NCBI GenBank assembly: GCA_965202585.1
Contig: OZ241826.1
Location: forward strand, 35,650,001-35,714,000
Direction: 5' to 3'
DNA: 64,000 bases
From: Thalia democratica
Taxonomy: Eukaryota
A program made the position numbers and the translations under genes. Below are positions 25,281-38,000 of this stretch, piece after piece. The notes below the pieces were generated by a model. That model worked only from the letters and a program-made list of their open reading frames with translations, was not told the origin of the DNA and did not search any database. Numbering within the stretch: the stretch's first letter is position 1; each line of letters begins with the position of its first letter.

Positions 25281-26747
25281 ATGTATAATGATATGGTATC
25301 GAAAAAACCTGTAAAGAAGTTAAAGTTTATCTGTATTCAGAAATTATTTAACTTGAATAACTTTGACCGTAATTCATATAACCAACAGTCTTTTGAAACT
25401 GTTTTAAATGTCTTTCAAAACTTTGGTCTTGTTTTTTCTAAGTCTGTTCTTAGAGATGCTTTTACAAAACAGAAAAATTACTTTAATTTTTTTATCTGGT
25501 TTTGTGCTAGTTTCTTATGGTCTGATAGAGTTATACCGTCAATAATGAAAGATTATAATGCAAGTATTTTTACAAAATGGGTTACTAAATTTTGTCAAAA
25601 TCTAGAAGAAAGCAAAATTGCTAGTGTTATATACTACAACAAAATAATTTCCATTGCTTTACCATTAAAGCACTTGCATAGTCAAAAGTTTAAAAATCAA
25701 TTATTTTTTGATCATCTAATGTTTAGTTACAAACCACTGAGAGTTTCTGAAAACGAGAAACATAAATCATTAAAATTGACAGTTTTCAATTGTAATACGG
25801 TATCTAAGATATTTAAGTCACCTACAGTATTTTTTGATTCGGTTAAAGAAGTCACTTTTAGTATTCGGGATGCTTTGAAAACTTTAGGAAATCCTGTAAT
25901 TAAGTGCAATGTTAAGACTTACTACAATTTAATGTTATACTTTTTATCTCATTCTTACACATATTTGTATTTTAACAAAATTCATTCGTCTTTCAAACAA
26001 GATGCTCTTTGTCTCTTCAAATTTGTAAGCAAGAATATGTTAAACAAAACAAACACCAACCTACAGAAAAATGAAAGAAGTTTTAAAACTAAATTAAATG
26101 ATTTAAAATATCTACAAGAAGTTGAACTGAATTTAATTGATGTATCAAACAATGAAAAAAGGTCAATAATAAAAAGCTTGAATCAAGACTTGAAAACTCT
26201 TAAAATTTTTTTTCACCAGCCTATAAACTTCTTAATGTTTGTTGGAAAAAGATTTAAAAAGTTACAAACGTTAGACGTAACAATTAGAAAAAATAGTGAG
26301 GGTTATCAAAGCAATTTTTTTACTCGTTTTAACAAACGAAATGTAGTTGTTTTTGACAGCTTAAGAGAATTAAAACTTAACATCTCTGGTTTTATTGCAA
26401 ACCCACCTAGATTTTTATCAGATACTATTTTAAATATTCTGAGAGGCTGTCGAAACACCTTAACAAAACTCGAATTAGAATTTTACAGTTTCGACAGCAT
26501 CTCAGCGATAGTAAATTTTATTTGCTCGACAAAGATGCCTCTTAAGTTCATAAGTTACACATTTTGCCACAGTTTGACCCACAGACACATTTGGAAAATT
26601 GTAGAATCTTATGGCAATCGTGAGTTGCTTGTAAAAGTATATGACTGTGATAAAATTACAAAAAGAAAGTTAAAATACATATTTGAACATATCAAGAAGA
26701 ATAATCTAAGTATAAAAGTGGAAAACATAATCTTTTCAGTTGATTAG
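25281..26747 (+). CDS. 488-aa single-exon protein, putative BC-box (Elongin BC-binding) plus degenerate leucine-rich repeats
   Basis: A 1467-bp uninterrupted ORF in very AT-rich DNA. N-terminal KLKFICIQKL fits the LxxxCxxxL BC-box pattern. The C-terminal half has LxxLxL-type units (LQEVEL, LKTLKI, LQTLDV, LRELKL, LTKLEL, LKFISY...C..L). A splice acceptor TTTTGTTTCAG at ~25220 suggests a 5' UTR intron. Confidence 0.75.
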   Translation: MYNDMVSKKPVKKLKFICIQKLFNLNNFDRNSYNQQSFETVLNVFQNFGLVFSKSVLRDAFTKQKNYFNFFIWFCASFLWSDRVIPSIMKDYNASIFTKWVTKFCQNLEESKIASVIYYNKIISIALPLKHLHSQKFKNQLFFDHLMFSYKPLRVSENEKHKSLKLTVFNCNTVSKIFKSPTVFFDSVKEVTFSIRDALKTLGNPVIKCNVKTYYNLMLYFLSHSYTYLYFNKIHSSFKQDALCLFKFVSKNMLNKTNTNLQKNERSFKTKLNDLKYLQEVELNLIDVSNNEKRSIIKSLNQDLKTLKIFFHQPINFLMFVGKRFKKLQTLDVTIRKNSEGYQSNFFTRFNKRNVVVFDSLRELKLNISGFIANPPRFLSDTILNILRGCRNTLTKLELEFYSFDSISAIVNFICSTKMPLKFISYTFCHSLTHRHIWKIVESYGNRELLVKVYDCDKITKRKLKYIFEHIKKNNLSIKVENIIFSVD

Positions 26748-28452
26748 GTTAATCATGTACTTCTTTGTATTCTAAAGCTTATAAAATGTCTTTTGAAATC
26801 ATTCTTCTTCTCAGCTGTAATTTTTTTATCTATCTTTGTTATTCTATCTTTGAAATTCATTGAAACATAAACCCTTTAAGTTGAAATTTTCTAAAACTCT
26901 AATTAAGAAGCTTTTAAACTAGTAGACCAGCAGAATTTTTCAAAATATTGCACAACCAGAAAACTCTTAAACAGTAAAACGGTCAAGCTACTGTTGTGTG
27001 TCAAATTTAGATGAAGATATTTAAAAGTTTAACCATAAAGCACTGAATAAAAATCAAACAGATGAAAAAATGTAGCATATTAATGAATCTACGGGTAGAA
27101 GAAAATACAATTGAAATTTTAAACGGACAAATGATAAACATTTTAGCAAAATGGAGTACTAAGCTAAAGAATTATACAAATATTGTAAACTTTTACGAAA
27201 AAACCTAGTAACTTTTTGATGAATTTTTTTGTAAGCTACTATATTTTAATTTATATTTAAAATGTTTTTAAGTGCACTTTTTTAAAATTATTCTTGAATA
27301 TACTGCCCTTAAGGTAACTTAAAGTTTTTTATGTTCAAGTCTATAAGATTTTAGCCTAATTATAGTACTGTCTTAATAAATTTATTTCTAATAATATATA
27401 AAAATGTTGTTTTTTTGTTTATATTATTTTTTTTAAACATTAATTAATGCATGAAGCACAACCTATTTTGTTTAAGTAATGAAATATAATTTTACTTTGT
27501 ATTTAAAATCAAAGTAATTTTTAAAAAGATATGAAACTTAAAATTTATCAATCAATTATATAAAACTTTAAAATATTTTTAAAATATTATATAGAGTTAA
27601 CTAGTTTTTTGACGTCTTTATTGTTTATATGGACTTGGTAAGTTTAAAAGTACAAACCTTTTGAATTAAACAGAAAGAAAGTTAACTTAAATAACTTAGA
27701 CTTTTTGAATTTATGGAAAATAAAACTAAAAAAACTCCAATAAAATTTGGTAACAAATTGAAACTGATACTAGTATAGCACAAACTAAAACTTAAAGTAA
27801 TTAAAAAATATTTATAAGTTTTCTATAAAATCCAATCAGAAAAACGGGAATCAATCATAATTATAAAAAACGTTTACTGTACAAACTAATTAACAAAAAT
27901 AATTATAATATTAAAATTATTTATTTATATTTCAAATGCTTAAAATACTTTATTAAAAAAGTATAACTGCTAGTGAATAAATTTTTTAGGTTTCAGTGAA
28001 TTACAAATATGTGTAGTTTTAGTTTTAGATGATGGTTACTTTGCCACAAACACAATGAAGAAAGAATAGACTGATGGAGCTACAACAATTCTAAATGATA
28101 AGTAAGAAAGTTTAGTAAAATTATAAAGTACATTTTTCTTTTAATTTTCAAGTATAACATTTTAGATTTACATTTAAAATTTTTCTCAAAACAAAACTTT
28201 CAGCGTTTAAAGTTAAACAATTTTAGTATTAAAAAATATGAATTAAAAATTAACAATAATTTTTTTTCTCCTTTTCAGTGATTATGTTTTTTTTATAAGA
28301 CATTTTACTTTTACAATTTAACATTATTAAACATAAACAAATCTAAAATATTAGACCATACTAATTTCAACAAAGTGAAATTCAAATAAAAAAGCTGACT
28401 ATAAAAAAATTTTAGACCTTATACGTATTCTATGCGTTTTCGCACACCTTTA

Positions 28453-28481
28453 TGACGTCATCAAGAGTTATAATGACGTCA
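28453..28481. promoter_or_regulatory. Tandem full CRE palindromes (TGACGTCA x2, 21 bp apart)
   Basis: TGACGTCA at 28453-28460 and 28474-28481 inside a locally CpG-rich patch. Confidence 0.45.
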
Positions 28482-29342
28482 TCGTGGTATCCCGAGTTGT
28501 GACTGGTCTCCACCTTCCAGATTATTTTCGGACAGAATGAGATGAGCAACTTAATTTGCTTCCTAGGTTTGAAAAAATTGTAATTTAGTAAAAAAATACT
28601 TTTTTATATATATGATGGCTATTTAGTTACCATGTTTAGTTCACTTACTTTTGATTTTGTTATAAAAGTTTTCAATAAAGTTAGATGATTTAAGTAATAT
28701 CTTAAATTAATAATTTAATGTCCTGGACAAGACATTATTCTGTGTCCATAATTTTGGATGACTAAAAAACAAATGGTTTTTTTCTGTATAAAAGATCCTT
28801 AGATTTGATATTTTAAGATATTTTTGTAGTTTATCTTGAGTTTAATGTCTTAATGTTTGGCTTAAATTTAAAAATCTTAGTGGTTGTGATGATACTTACA
28901 TTAAGTTTTATTTCAATTTTAACTATTTATATGAAGTATGTTAAAAGTTTAATAATAAATAATAGAAGTATAACAAAAAAAACTACACATATATTAAAAA
29001 TGAAGAAGACTATGTTGTTGGGATAGGCATCTTAAAACCTAAAGGCCAGACACAGGCCAGCCAGCAAATATCTTTTGTAATCGAGGAATTCTCTTGAATC
29101 GAAAATAAGTTTTTTGAAATGAAGTACAACTTCGTTTTTTGATAAATTATTCTAATTTGCTGTGTTTAAGTTTTAGTAGAGATACACATGTTAAATTTAA
29201 CTTCTACTTAGTACATGTTAAACTTACTGAAATTTTGTGTATATTTTACTAAAAAGTTGTAACAAGGTTTTAAAACTTGTTTGGACTTATTTATAAAATC
29301 TGGCTCAAAGCATTTTTAGCAAACAAACCTGGCCGAAAACAA

Positions 29343-29452
29343 AAAAATCCCCTATTACCCGGCTGTTCTTTTTTAGTTTCAGCTACAAATCGGGATTTTT
29401 AGAGGAAAATTCCCAACTCCACCGACATGCACGCCATGACCGTGTTACGTCA
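29343..29452. promoter_or_regulatory. Cluster of three kB-like sites plus TTACGTCA
   Basis: AAAAATCCCC (29343-29352, rc GGGGATTTTT), GGGATTTTT (29392-29400), GGAAAATTCCC (29404-29414), TTACGTCA (29445-29452). Confidence 0.35.
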
Positions 29453-32400
29453 CAATCAATTATGAAGGAGAGTTCTCAAAGACAGCAGTTTCATTGCAAT
29501 CATGACTACAATTTTAAGTTGTTTATAAGTACCTGTATGTTTTATGTAACAAAAAAAAATAGTAATTTTATGCAAGAAAACATATTTTAAAATTTTAAAA
29601 TAAAAAATACTTTGATTCTTATCCATCTATATTGTGAACAAATAGTTAAACTTTTTTATAACAATTTGTAATAATGTATAAAAATAATGATGACAAACTG
29701 TATAATCTTTTTTGCTATAAAAACTATGTTTACCAGTTATTAGAAAAAAATAGTATATTGATTCAAAAAAATATAAAAAAACTGCTTATCTAAGAGATTA
29801 TAAAGTTTTTCTTAACACTAACGTATTTATTATTAAAATAATACAGACAAACTTAATTTTTGAGTTTAATACGCTTTTAAGTTTGATAATATTTTCGAAG
29901 TATATCAGTGCAAGTTGCAACGTTTTAAACTTAGTAACACAGTCATGTTTTTTTTTTTCTGTGGATTAAAGCTTTGTAAGTAATAATAATATGTTTGTCT
30001 ATATTCGTTACTAAATGCAAATAATAAAGTTTAATTATTTTCAGGTTATTTCAGTGGAGAACTACCCGATCGAAAATAAGCTTTGTTTAATTTAATTTAA
30101 ATAAGTTTAAAGTTGTAAAAAAGTTATAATATATATCTTTTTAATTTTAGAGATTTTATTCTTTTTCTTTACACTATCTATATTCAATCATAAGTATTTT
30201 TTTAAACACAAGTTTTTATAATCTAACTTTTTAAAATAACTTGAAATTTATATTGTTAAAGTTGTATAAAATTTACGCCATACATTCTTTTTTACATTTC
30301 TTTAGCTATTTTGCTTCTTCTTTTTTAATTTATACTGATGACTTTTAAAATTCAATAATGCTTCAAATTTTTTTAAAGTGCACAAATTAGAACACTGAAT
30401 AAAACATCCCCTGTTTTATAACTGTTAAGACATAAATATCCTAATTTATAAAGAAAAAGAACAACTTGGTTTTTTTGATTATTATTATTTTCAAAACGTT
30501 TATTAGATTACAAGCTATTTTGTTGTCAGATAGTTGTGTCTTTTTTCTTTTTGATATTTGAAATAATAGCAACTTTTTTTTTTGTTAAATAGCAAGGTCA
30601 AACATCAATATTAATTTATAAGTAATGTCACTTGAAGTTTTTTTACAATATTTATCCTACATGTTTCTGTTAGAATTTTTAGATTTTTTTTAAATGTTCT
30701 TGATCTTAAATGAAAAAATAAAACCTTACTGTTTTAGTAATATTGACAACCATTTAATACTGCTTATATTACTGACATACACCATACTCAAATAACAAGA
30801 AAAAAAGAAAATATGTTGCAAAAGTTCATAAAACTTTTATGCTTAAGTGGTAACCTTTTTAAAAATATTTAAGAAAAAAAAACATTATTAGACTATATTT
30901 TTAAATTGTACATCAAATATTTAGCTAACAAAACTTTTGTAAAAGTTTAAACTGATTTTTTAAAATTTTTCATGAGTTTTCAATAACTGTTTTTAACTGT
31001 CTACTATTATTAAAGTAAAGTTAATTAAAATTTTTCACTTTAAAACTTCTGAATTCAGGATTTCAAAAGTTGTGGCATTTCATAAATTTAAGGTGCTTCA
31101 ATATGGCCAAAGGGTGGGCCTTGAGTAATAAAGGGTTAATAATTTGAAATTTACATTAGACATTCTTGAGTTGATGAAAAAAATCAAAATAAAAGTCTTA
31201 GGCTTATTTAACACTAGTTTATTGAGAAGTTTTGATTGAGGGGGCCATAGTTTTTTTTCAATTTCTTCAAAGAGGGCCTAATGAAAAATTTTGGAAAACT
31301 TTGGTCTAAATCATAGATATGTATAAATTAGAAATAATGTTAGCTTATTTATTATTTATTAGGCAAGTTTTCATACTGATTTTGAAATTAAAACCAACCA
31401 AACTAAGTCATTTGTAATTTTGTGTATACAAAGAATCATAAATACCTCTCTGTCAAAAGGTTCAGAAAAAATCATCTAATTAAGTTACAACCATTAATAG
31501 TATTTTTCAATAGTTTATTATACAGAGTTAGGAATAAACATGTAAAATAAATTTTAACAAACTATTAGGAATGCTAAATTTTTTAATATGAACTAAACTT
31601 ATGTTTAAAGAAGTCAATTTAGTTTGAAATTTTATTAGAAATTTGGAAAAAGGGTTAAAGAATTAGCAAAAATTTTAAGGTAATTTTTTGTATTGGTTAT
31701 AACAACTATAAGTTTTAATTTATTTTCACACTGTTAAAACTTAAATGGTTGTCATTTATGCATAAAATCTTTTCCAAAAATATCGCAAAGCTAATTTACT
31801 TTTATTTTGATTAGTTTACAATGCATTATGTTTATGAGTAACAGCTGGCTCTAACAAAAACAAAATTTGTTGTTTAAACACTAGATTTGTTTTCGGATTG
31901 TAAAAACTTGAATGGTTATCATTTATGCGTGAAAGTTTTTCTGAAAAATTTATCTATTTTACATTTGTTCCTTACTAAGTGGCAATGCTGTGTGTGTAAG
32001 GTTGTAATAAATACCTATTTATTAATCAGTAAAAGTCAGAATTTGTTGTTCAAAATGTAAAAAAAAAATTTGAAAATTTTCTTTATGTGTGAACGGTAAT
32101 AGATAAATATGTATAATGTTTTACATTTGAAAGTGTCAAGTAATACTTTCTAATGCTTACCATATGCAAAGCAAAAAACTTACAAAGAGAACCTTAATGT
32201 ATGACCGAAAATATAAAATAATAATAAAAATGAGTTTTTACTTATATTTTTTATTAATAATACATGTGCAGTTAATTATAATTTGTATTTCTAATTATTC
32301 TTTTTATGTCAAACATAGAGAGGAATATAGTTATTATTCTTTTTACATTCTGCTTTAGACTTACTTGGACATATAAAAAAAAGTTGCAATTTATATTTTG

Positions 32401-32720
32401 TATAAACAGCTTTTGTAGGTTTATTTTGTTTTAGAAAAGTTGAAACTATTTTATTAAAAATATTCCAAGTAGTTAGTTAGTAACAAAACAAAAATAGCTT
32501 TCATTTTTAGTAGATGGGATAAATACAAGTTTTGTACCATATTAAAGTATTTAAACTGTAATACTTTCAATTAATGTAAAAAACATTAAATTATATATAT
32601 ACATATAGATTTCTTTAAATACAAAACTCTAATACTATGAACAAGAAAAAATCAATGAAGTAAAGCTCCACTTAAAGATTGCAGCTATTTAACTGCTTGT
32701 AGTTTTATATGGCTTTAAAC

Positions 32721-33140
32721 CAGGGTTTTCCCAAACGTTTTTTCGTTAGCCCTCTTTAAAGCAAAAAAATAGCTGTGGCCCATTTTGACAAGACATATCA
32801 AAAATACTACTATTATATACACCTGAGACCTTTTTTTTTTGTTTTCATCATTAACTCTAGAGTTTCAAGTATAACTTTTGAATTATGGCCTTATGGCTCT
32901 CCCTTTTACAACTTATGACCTTTAAATTTCTGAAATGTTCCCATAATATATAGTATGAGTTTCAAAACTACCTTTAAATACTCCTGAGACCTTTGGTTGT
33001 TCTTCATCATTAACTCTAGAATAACTAGTATAAGTTTCAGATTATAGCCTCATGGCTCCTTTGTGGTCCTTTTGATGCTTATGGGATTATGATGCTAATT
33101 TTCTGTAATAACCCACTTCAAAAAAGCTTTGAAAAACCTT
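32721..33140 (-). mobile_element. hAT-like MITE, family 1, with internal tandem duplication
   Basis: Starts CAGGGTTTTCCCAAA and ends TTTGAAAAACC. Two reverse copies of the family core (TTCATCATTAACTCTAGA...) at ~32843 and ~33002. Confidence 0.55.
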
Positions 33141-33425
33141 TCTTCAAAAATTTTAAACTAGATAACTTGATTTTTATTTTCCACGTTTTATTAAAGTTAT
33201 TCTTACCCATACAATTTAAAAAAAAAACTGGTTTTATATTGAAAATTACAGCAGTCCAAATCAAAATTGTATTTATTATTTAATAATTATTAGAACGTAA
33301 ATTACTAATGATCACTTATTGTTATTATCTTTTTAATATCTTTCTAAGCTATAATTTAACTATTTTCCATCGAATAAGAAGTTCTAAAGTACTTTTACAA
33401 AAACATGAGTTTTGCTTGTATTAAG

Positions 33426-33748
33426 CAGGGGTCAGCAATCTTTAATGAGAAACAAATTAATTTTAGCGTAAAAACTTCTTATGCGTTTAAAGGGAAAACT
33501 TAATTCGCAGGCCTCAACTTTTTTCTAAAGAATTCCACATACAAAAACTTTGTACAAAATCAGAAGTGTAATAAGAGTTATACAAAATAGATATCACAGT
33601 TAGTTATCAACAAAAAAGACATACTTATAAAGTTTTATTTAAAACAGAAAGTTCATATAAGTTTTTTTAGCTAAAAGTACTTCGTTGGCATTTTTTTTTT
33701 ACTTGGGGAGTCACATTTGATCAACGGGCAACAGTTTGCTAACGTCTG
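33426..33748. mobile_element. hAT (Charlie-like) MITE
   Basis: TIRs CAGGGGTCAGCAA ... TTGCTAACGTCTG. Flanks GTATTAAG/TTATAAAG (6/8) resemble an 8-bp TSD. Confidence 0.7.
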
Positions 33749-34454
33749 TTATAAAGTACTATTTGTCTACTCATAACCTAGCCAAAAATGAGCTAAACAT
33801 TTTTTATCAATTTACCAGGCTAAATGCTCGTATGGGTATTTTAGCATTAAAAAAATATTTTAAAAACTTAATGTAAAAGTGGTAATTACTTATGATTTTT
33901 GTTATAGTAAAACAGTATACATCTGAACAAATTTCAAAATTAAAATAGCATAAAAAACTTTCTAATTAGTTCTAAGAATAAAATGTACTTAAATATAAAA
34001 GTATAGTTTAAAGTTGTTAAGCGCATATTTATAGACTTAGAAAATTAAACAGTCCTGAAATCTAAATATAAATATCTTGATAAGTTTAGTGTTTAAGTTG
34101 TTTCTTAAAACTTTTAAAAAAGTACTAATTTTAAAATGAGGTAACTTAAAAATCAGTCAACTTTGTAAAGATCTCAATGATAGCAGCCTTTTAACCTTAA
34201 CAAAGTAGTTCAAGCTGTTTGTTTAAATTGTTTGTTTTATAGTTTATTAAAAAATCAACGGAGTTATTTTTATTCTTTTGTTTTACTTAGCTTAGTTTGA
34301 CAGTATTGCTTTTCCACAGTAAGATAAAAAAGAAACATTTAGATTAATTGTTGGCTATTTGTTAACTGATTTTCGGATGTATTTAAGCATAGATAACTAG
34401 CTACAATATTAACTACTTAAGTGGTTAAAAAAAAGTTTAAACTTTTGTATTGTT

Positions 34455-35025
34455 ATCTAATAATAAATAATGAACTTTAACGACAACAGAATCCAAGATA
34501 ACCTACGACCGGTTTCGTCCTTGTTAGGACTCATCAGGACTCATAAATGCGAGAAACCGCTGTTATGATCTTACAAAGCGGGGTTAGGTAAAAAGTACTG
34601 AAGCGACCGTTTGTGAGTAAAGTTGAAAAAATTAACACAGCTAAATCATTTACAGCCCAACGTCTCAGACATTGTCAGCTTATTGTAGATGGCGCGAACA
34701 TCTTCACTTAGTTAATGATGAGCAAAATAGATAACAGATCAAACGAGCACAGACTATAATCTCACAATAAGCTGACAGTGTCCGAGACGTTAGGCTGTAA
34801 ATGATTTAGCTGTGTTAATTTTTTCAACTTTACTCAAAAACGGTCGCTTCAGTACTTTGTACTTAAGCCCGCTTGGTAAGATCACAACAGCGGTTTCTCG
34901 CAAATATGCTTGATGAGTATTAATAAGATTGTCTCGGATGCTGCTGTTGTTGGTCGTGTGAAGTTCATTAGTTATTGTTGATGGCGCATACATCTTTACT
35001 TTGTTTATGACGGCCGAAATAGATA
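34455..35025. mobile_element. Penelope-like element remnant (inverted pseudo-LTR arms)
   Basis: Near-perfect ~140-bp inverted repeat (34546-34686 vs 34764-34901), extending degenerately to ~34455 and ~34985, around a 77-nt spacer. A ~46-bp direct repeat (34688 vs 34980). Contains a hammerhead core of the type known from Penelope-like elements. Confidence 0.75.
34497..34546 (-). ncRNA. Minimal type I hammerhead ribozyme motif (stem I disrupted)
   Basis: Minus strand reads CUGAUGA-GUCCU-AACA-AGGAC-GAAA-CCG-GUC: invariant CUGAUGA and GAAA, 5-bp stem II, palindromic ACCGGU stem III, and a GUC cleavage triplet (34509-34507). Confidence 0.8.
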
Positions 35026-38000
35026 TTGGTACTGTTATCTAGATTTTTTTTATCCATAGTAACTTTTTTAGATAGTTTTCATCTTTCACAGAAAACATTT
35101 ACAAGAACAAAAGTCTAAGACTCTATGATATTACTATATGCAACATTTAACTTATTACAATTTATCTTCGTCTTTCAGCCAGTTCTAACTATTTATATAA
35201 AATCTTAGTTTTTACAATTAGTTTTAAGGGAAAAAATATCTAATGTTAACTCCTTTTAGAGGTTATATCTAAAGGTTTCACTGAAATAAAGTATGAATAT
35301 ATTGCTTTAAGTTAATAACTTCGTCTTGTAACTAAAAAAAGTTCCACATAAAAAAAAGAATAAATTGATAATAACTCGAAAAGAAGCTATAAAAGTTTTA
35401 AAATAAAGGAAATCACTTAAACATTTTACACATCTAACTTTTTTGAAATTTTTATAACATTTCAAAACACTAATATTTAATCAGTTTTCATCCTCTACAG
35501 CTATTTGCAGCTTAAGAAAGTTAAATGTTGCTTTTCTAGAAGTACCTATGAACTTAAAAAGAAGTAGTATGTTGTACAAAAGAGCTAGAAATGTTGTAAA
35601 ATATATAAATAATAAAAATCTTAAGGTTGTACTAAAAATAAATAAAATAAATTTTTTTCATTTTTCTATATAATGTTTATTAAACAATTCAAAATAAACT
35701 TTTCTGTGTTCTTTAAAATATATTTGACAGCTTCGTTTGTATTATACTAGAATAATCTGTAGTACTACGTCTAACCTTTTTTATATTATACTAGAATAAT
35801 TTTTAGTGACACGTCATGATTAAGTATCGTGTATTAACTAAAACCAATTACTAATTTTTTAGGTGTTTTTAATATATATATTTTATTTGTACTGTACCCT
35901 AACATTCTGCTTGTAAGCTATCTAAAACTTTAATTGCTCATCATGCTAAAAAAACGTTTTACTCTAAACGAGGTATATTAAACAATTTTTTTAGTTTGTT
36001 TTATTTTAGTAGTTTCTATTTTAGAAAAAACTACTTTTCAACATTTTTCTAATGTAAATTATTAACTATTTTTGTTAATAAATTATTAACCAGCTTAAAC
36101 ATTACAGATTACAGTATATCGTTGAAAAAACTTTTTATACCTTTGCTAGCTTAAAATGTGTATTTAAGTATATAAGTAGTTAAAGTATCTTATCTATTTT
36201 AATTGTGCAATTTTTTATATTTTTTTCTTCGCACGTTTTTAAACAGTTTTGAAGTATTTAATCTTACAGTTTAATCTTGATTTGTTTAATTTATTGAATC
36301 TTTTACGTACATCTGGTTTTATTTGTTTTAAATAATTTATTTGTAATACATATATGCTTTTTTTCTTGGTAAAGCCGATGAAAAATTAAAAACAAAAATT
36401 GAAACTGAGATTTAATAGAAATAAAATTCCCCATATGTATAATATGTAGTCTAATACGTTTTTTTTTAGAAATTGTATTTTAAGTAGTTCTTTCGAATTG
36501 AATTTTGTCGTTTTGTCTATAGTTAATTACAAGTAGAATATCATATTATAAAATTTTAAAACATTTAATTGTAACAGACAAAACAAGCTACACAGCTAGA
36601 AACTATGCTATCTAAAACAAAATTAACAAGCGGTTTAGGTTTTTCATACTTTTCTTATATCACTACTACGAATAAAAAAAACCCGGATAAAATAAAACCT
36701 AGGGTAAATTCTATCTTAGAAAATACCATATATAAATATGAGTTGCCGTTTAGATTTTAATTTTTGTATAAGTTTTTTTGCAATCTTTGTAGTACGTAAA
36801 CAAATAAATTCATTACGTGTTTTACTTAATACAACTTTTTTTTAAACTTTAAACAAACTTTTGTTAGAAATTTTAAATATTTTAAGAGAAACTTCTAAAA
36901 CTTTGATACTATATTAATAAAATATTTATATAAAATTTAAATAATTTATAACATGAATGTTTTTTTCTTTTTAATAATATTGATATAATTTTTTCAGTGT
37001 TAAACTTGGTTATATTTAAAGAGTAATTTTTAAACACAAGTTTAACCTTACTTAAACTTATTTCGATTTGTGTTGTTAGAAATCTATACAAAATGTTATA
37101 AAGTTAGCTTGATTAAAACATAAAGCAGTTGTTTGTAAAAACTTTTTAAGATTCTTAAATCATTTAACTGTTACAAAACTTTAGTTATTTACAACCAAAG
37201 AAAAATAGGACTGATATATATTTTACTTATAATGCTAGTCAGAAGCAATTTTTTTAACTTAAGTTCTTGAAATTCGAAGACATTTGTTATATTTGTAACT
37301 TTAGCATACAAACTATATCAAACTAATTAATATCGTTATGGGTATATCAAATTGTTGGTTACAAAAACTATAATTGAACATAAGTTGATATAAATTAAAG
37401 ATCAATGATCTTGTCTTAACTGAAGACTAATTTTTTCTAGATGTTTATTTGAAAATAAAATCAAAAATTTAGTTAAGATGACACGTTTGCTTCAACTTAA
37501 ACTAGCTACAACAACTGGAAAATGTTTTTATCATCTTTTTGAAAAATGAAAAATCCAGAAAGTCTGAAATTATAAAAAAAAAAGCATGTTAGTTATATTT
37601 GTTTTTGTACATTTACAGTTTTAAAGAGACATAATTAAGTCAATTTTTGCATCGTTCATTTTTTTTCGATAATTAATCATTGCGATTGAATTTAGAGAAA
37701 TAAAAGTTTTTATTGAGTAATTTTTTGTTGAATTTTATCTTATTTTTTACACTAGTATTTTCGTTAAATAACTATTTTAGACTAGTTTTTAGTAAAGAAA
37801 ACTTTTACATAAACTCTACTAACAATTTTAAATAAAGCAAGTTTGATTCCTGGTTAAGAATTGTCTTTTGAAACTATTTTATTATTAAAACTTTTACTAG
37901 TTTTGTTGACCTAGTTATATACTATGAACTGTTTGGCTTATGCTAAAGATAGCTTTATTAACATTAATGACGTTATATAAAAATTGATATTCCTAATATT

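Noticed and set aside
31070-31310. piggyBac-like end (AGGGTTAA at ~31133-31140) and a partial hAT-MITE 3' end
   Set aside because: No matching opposite terminus or TSD was found.
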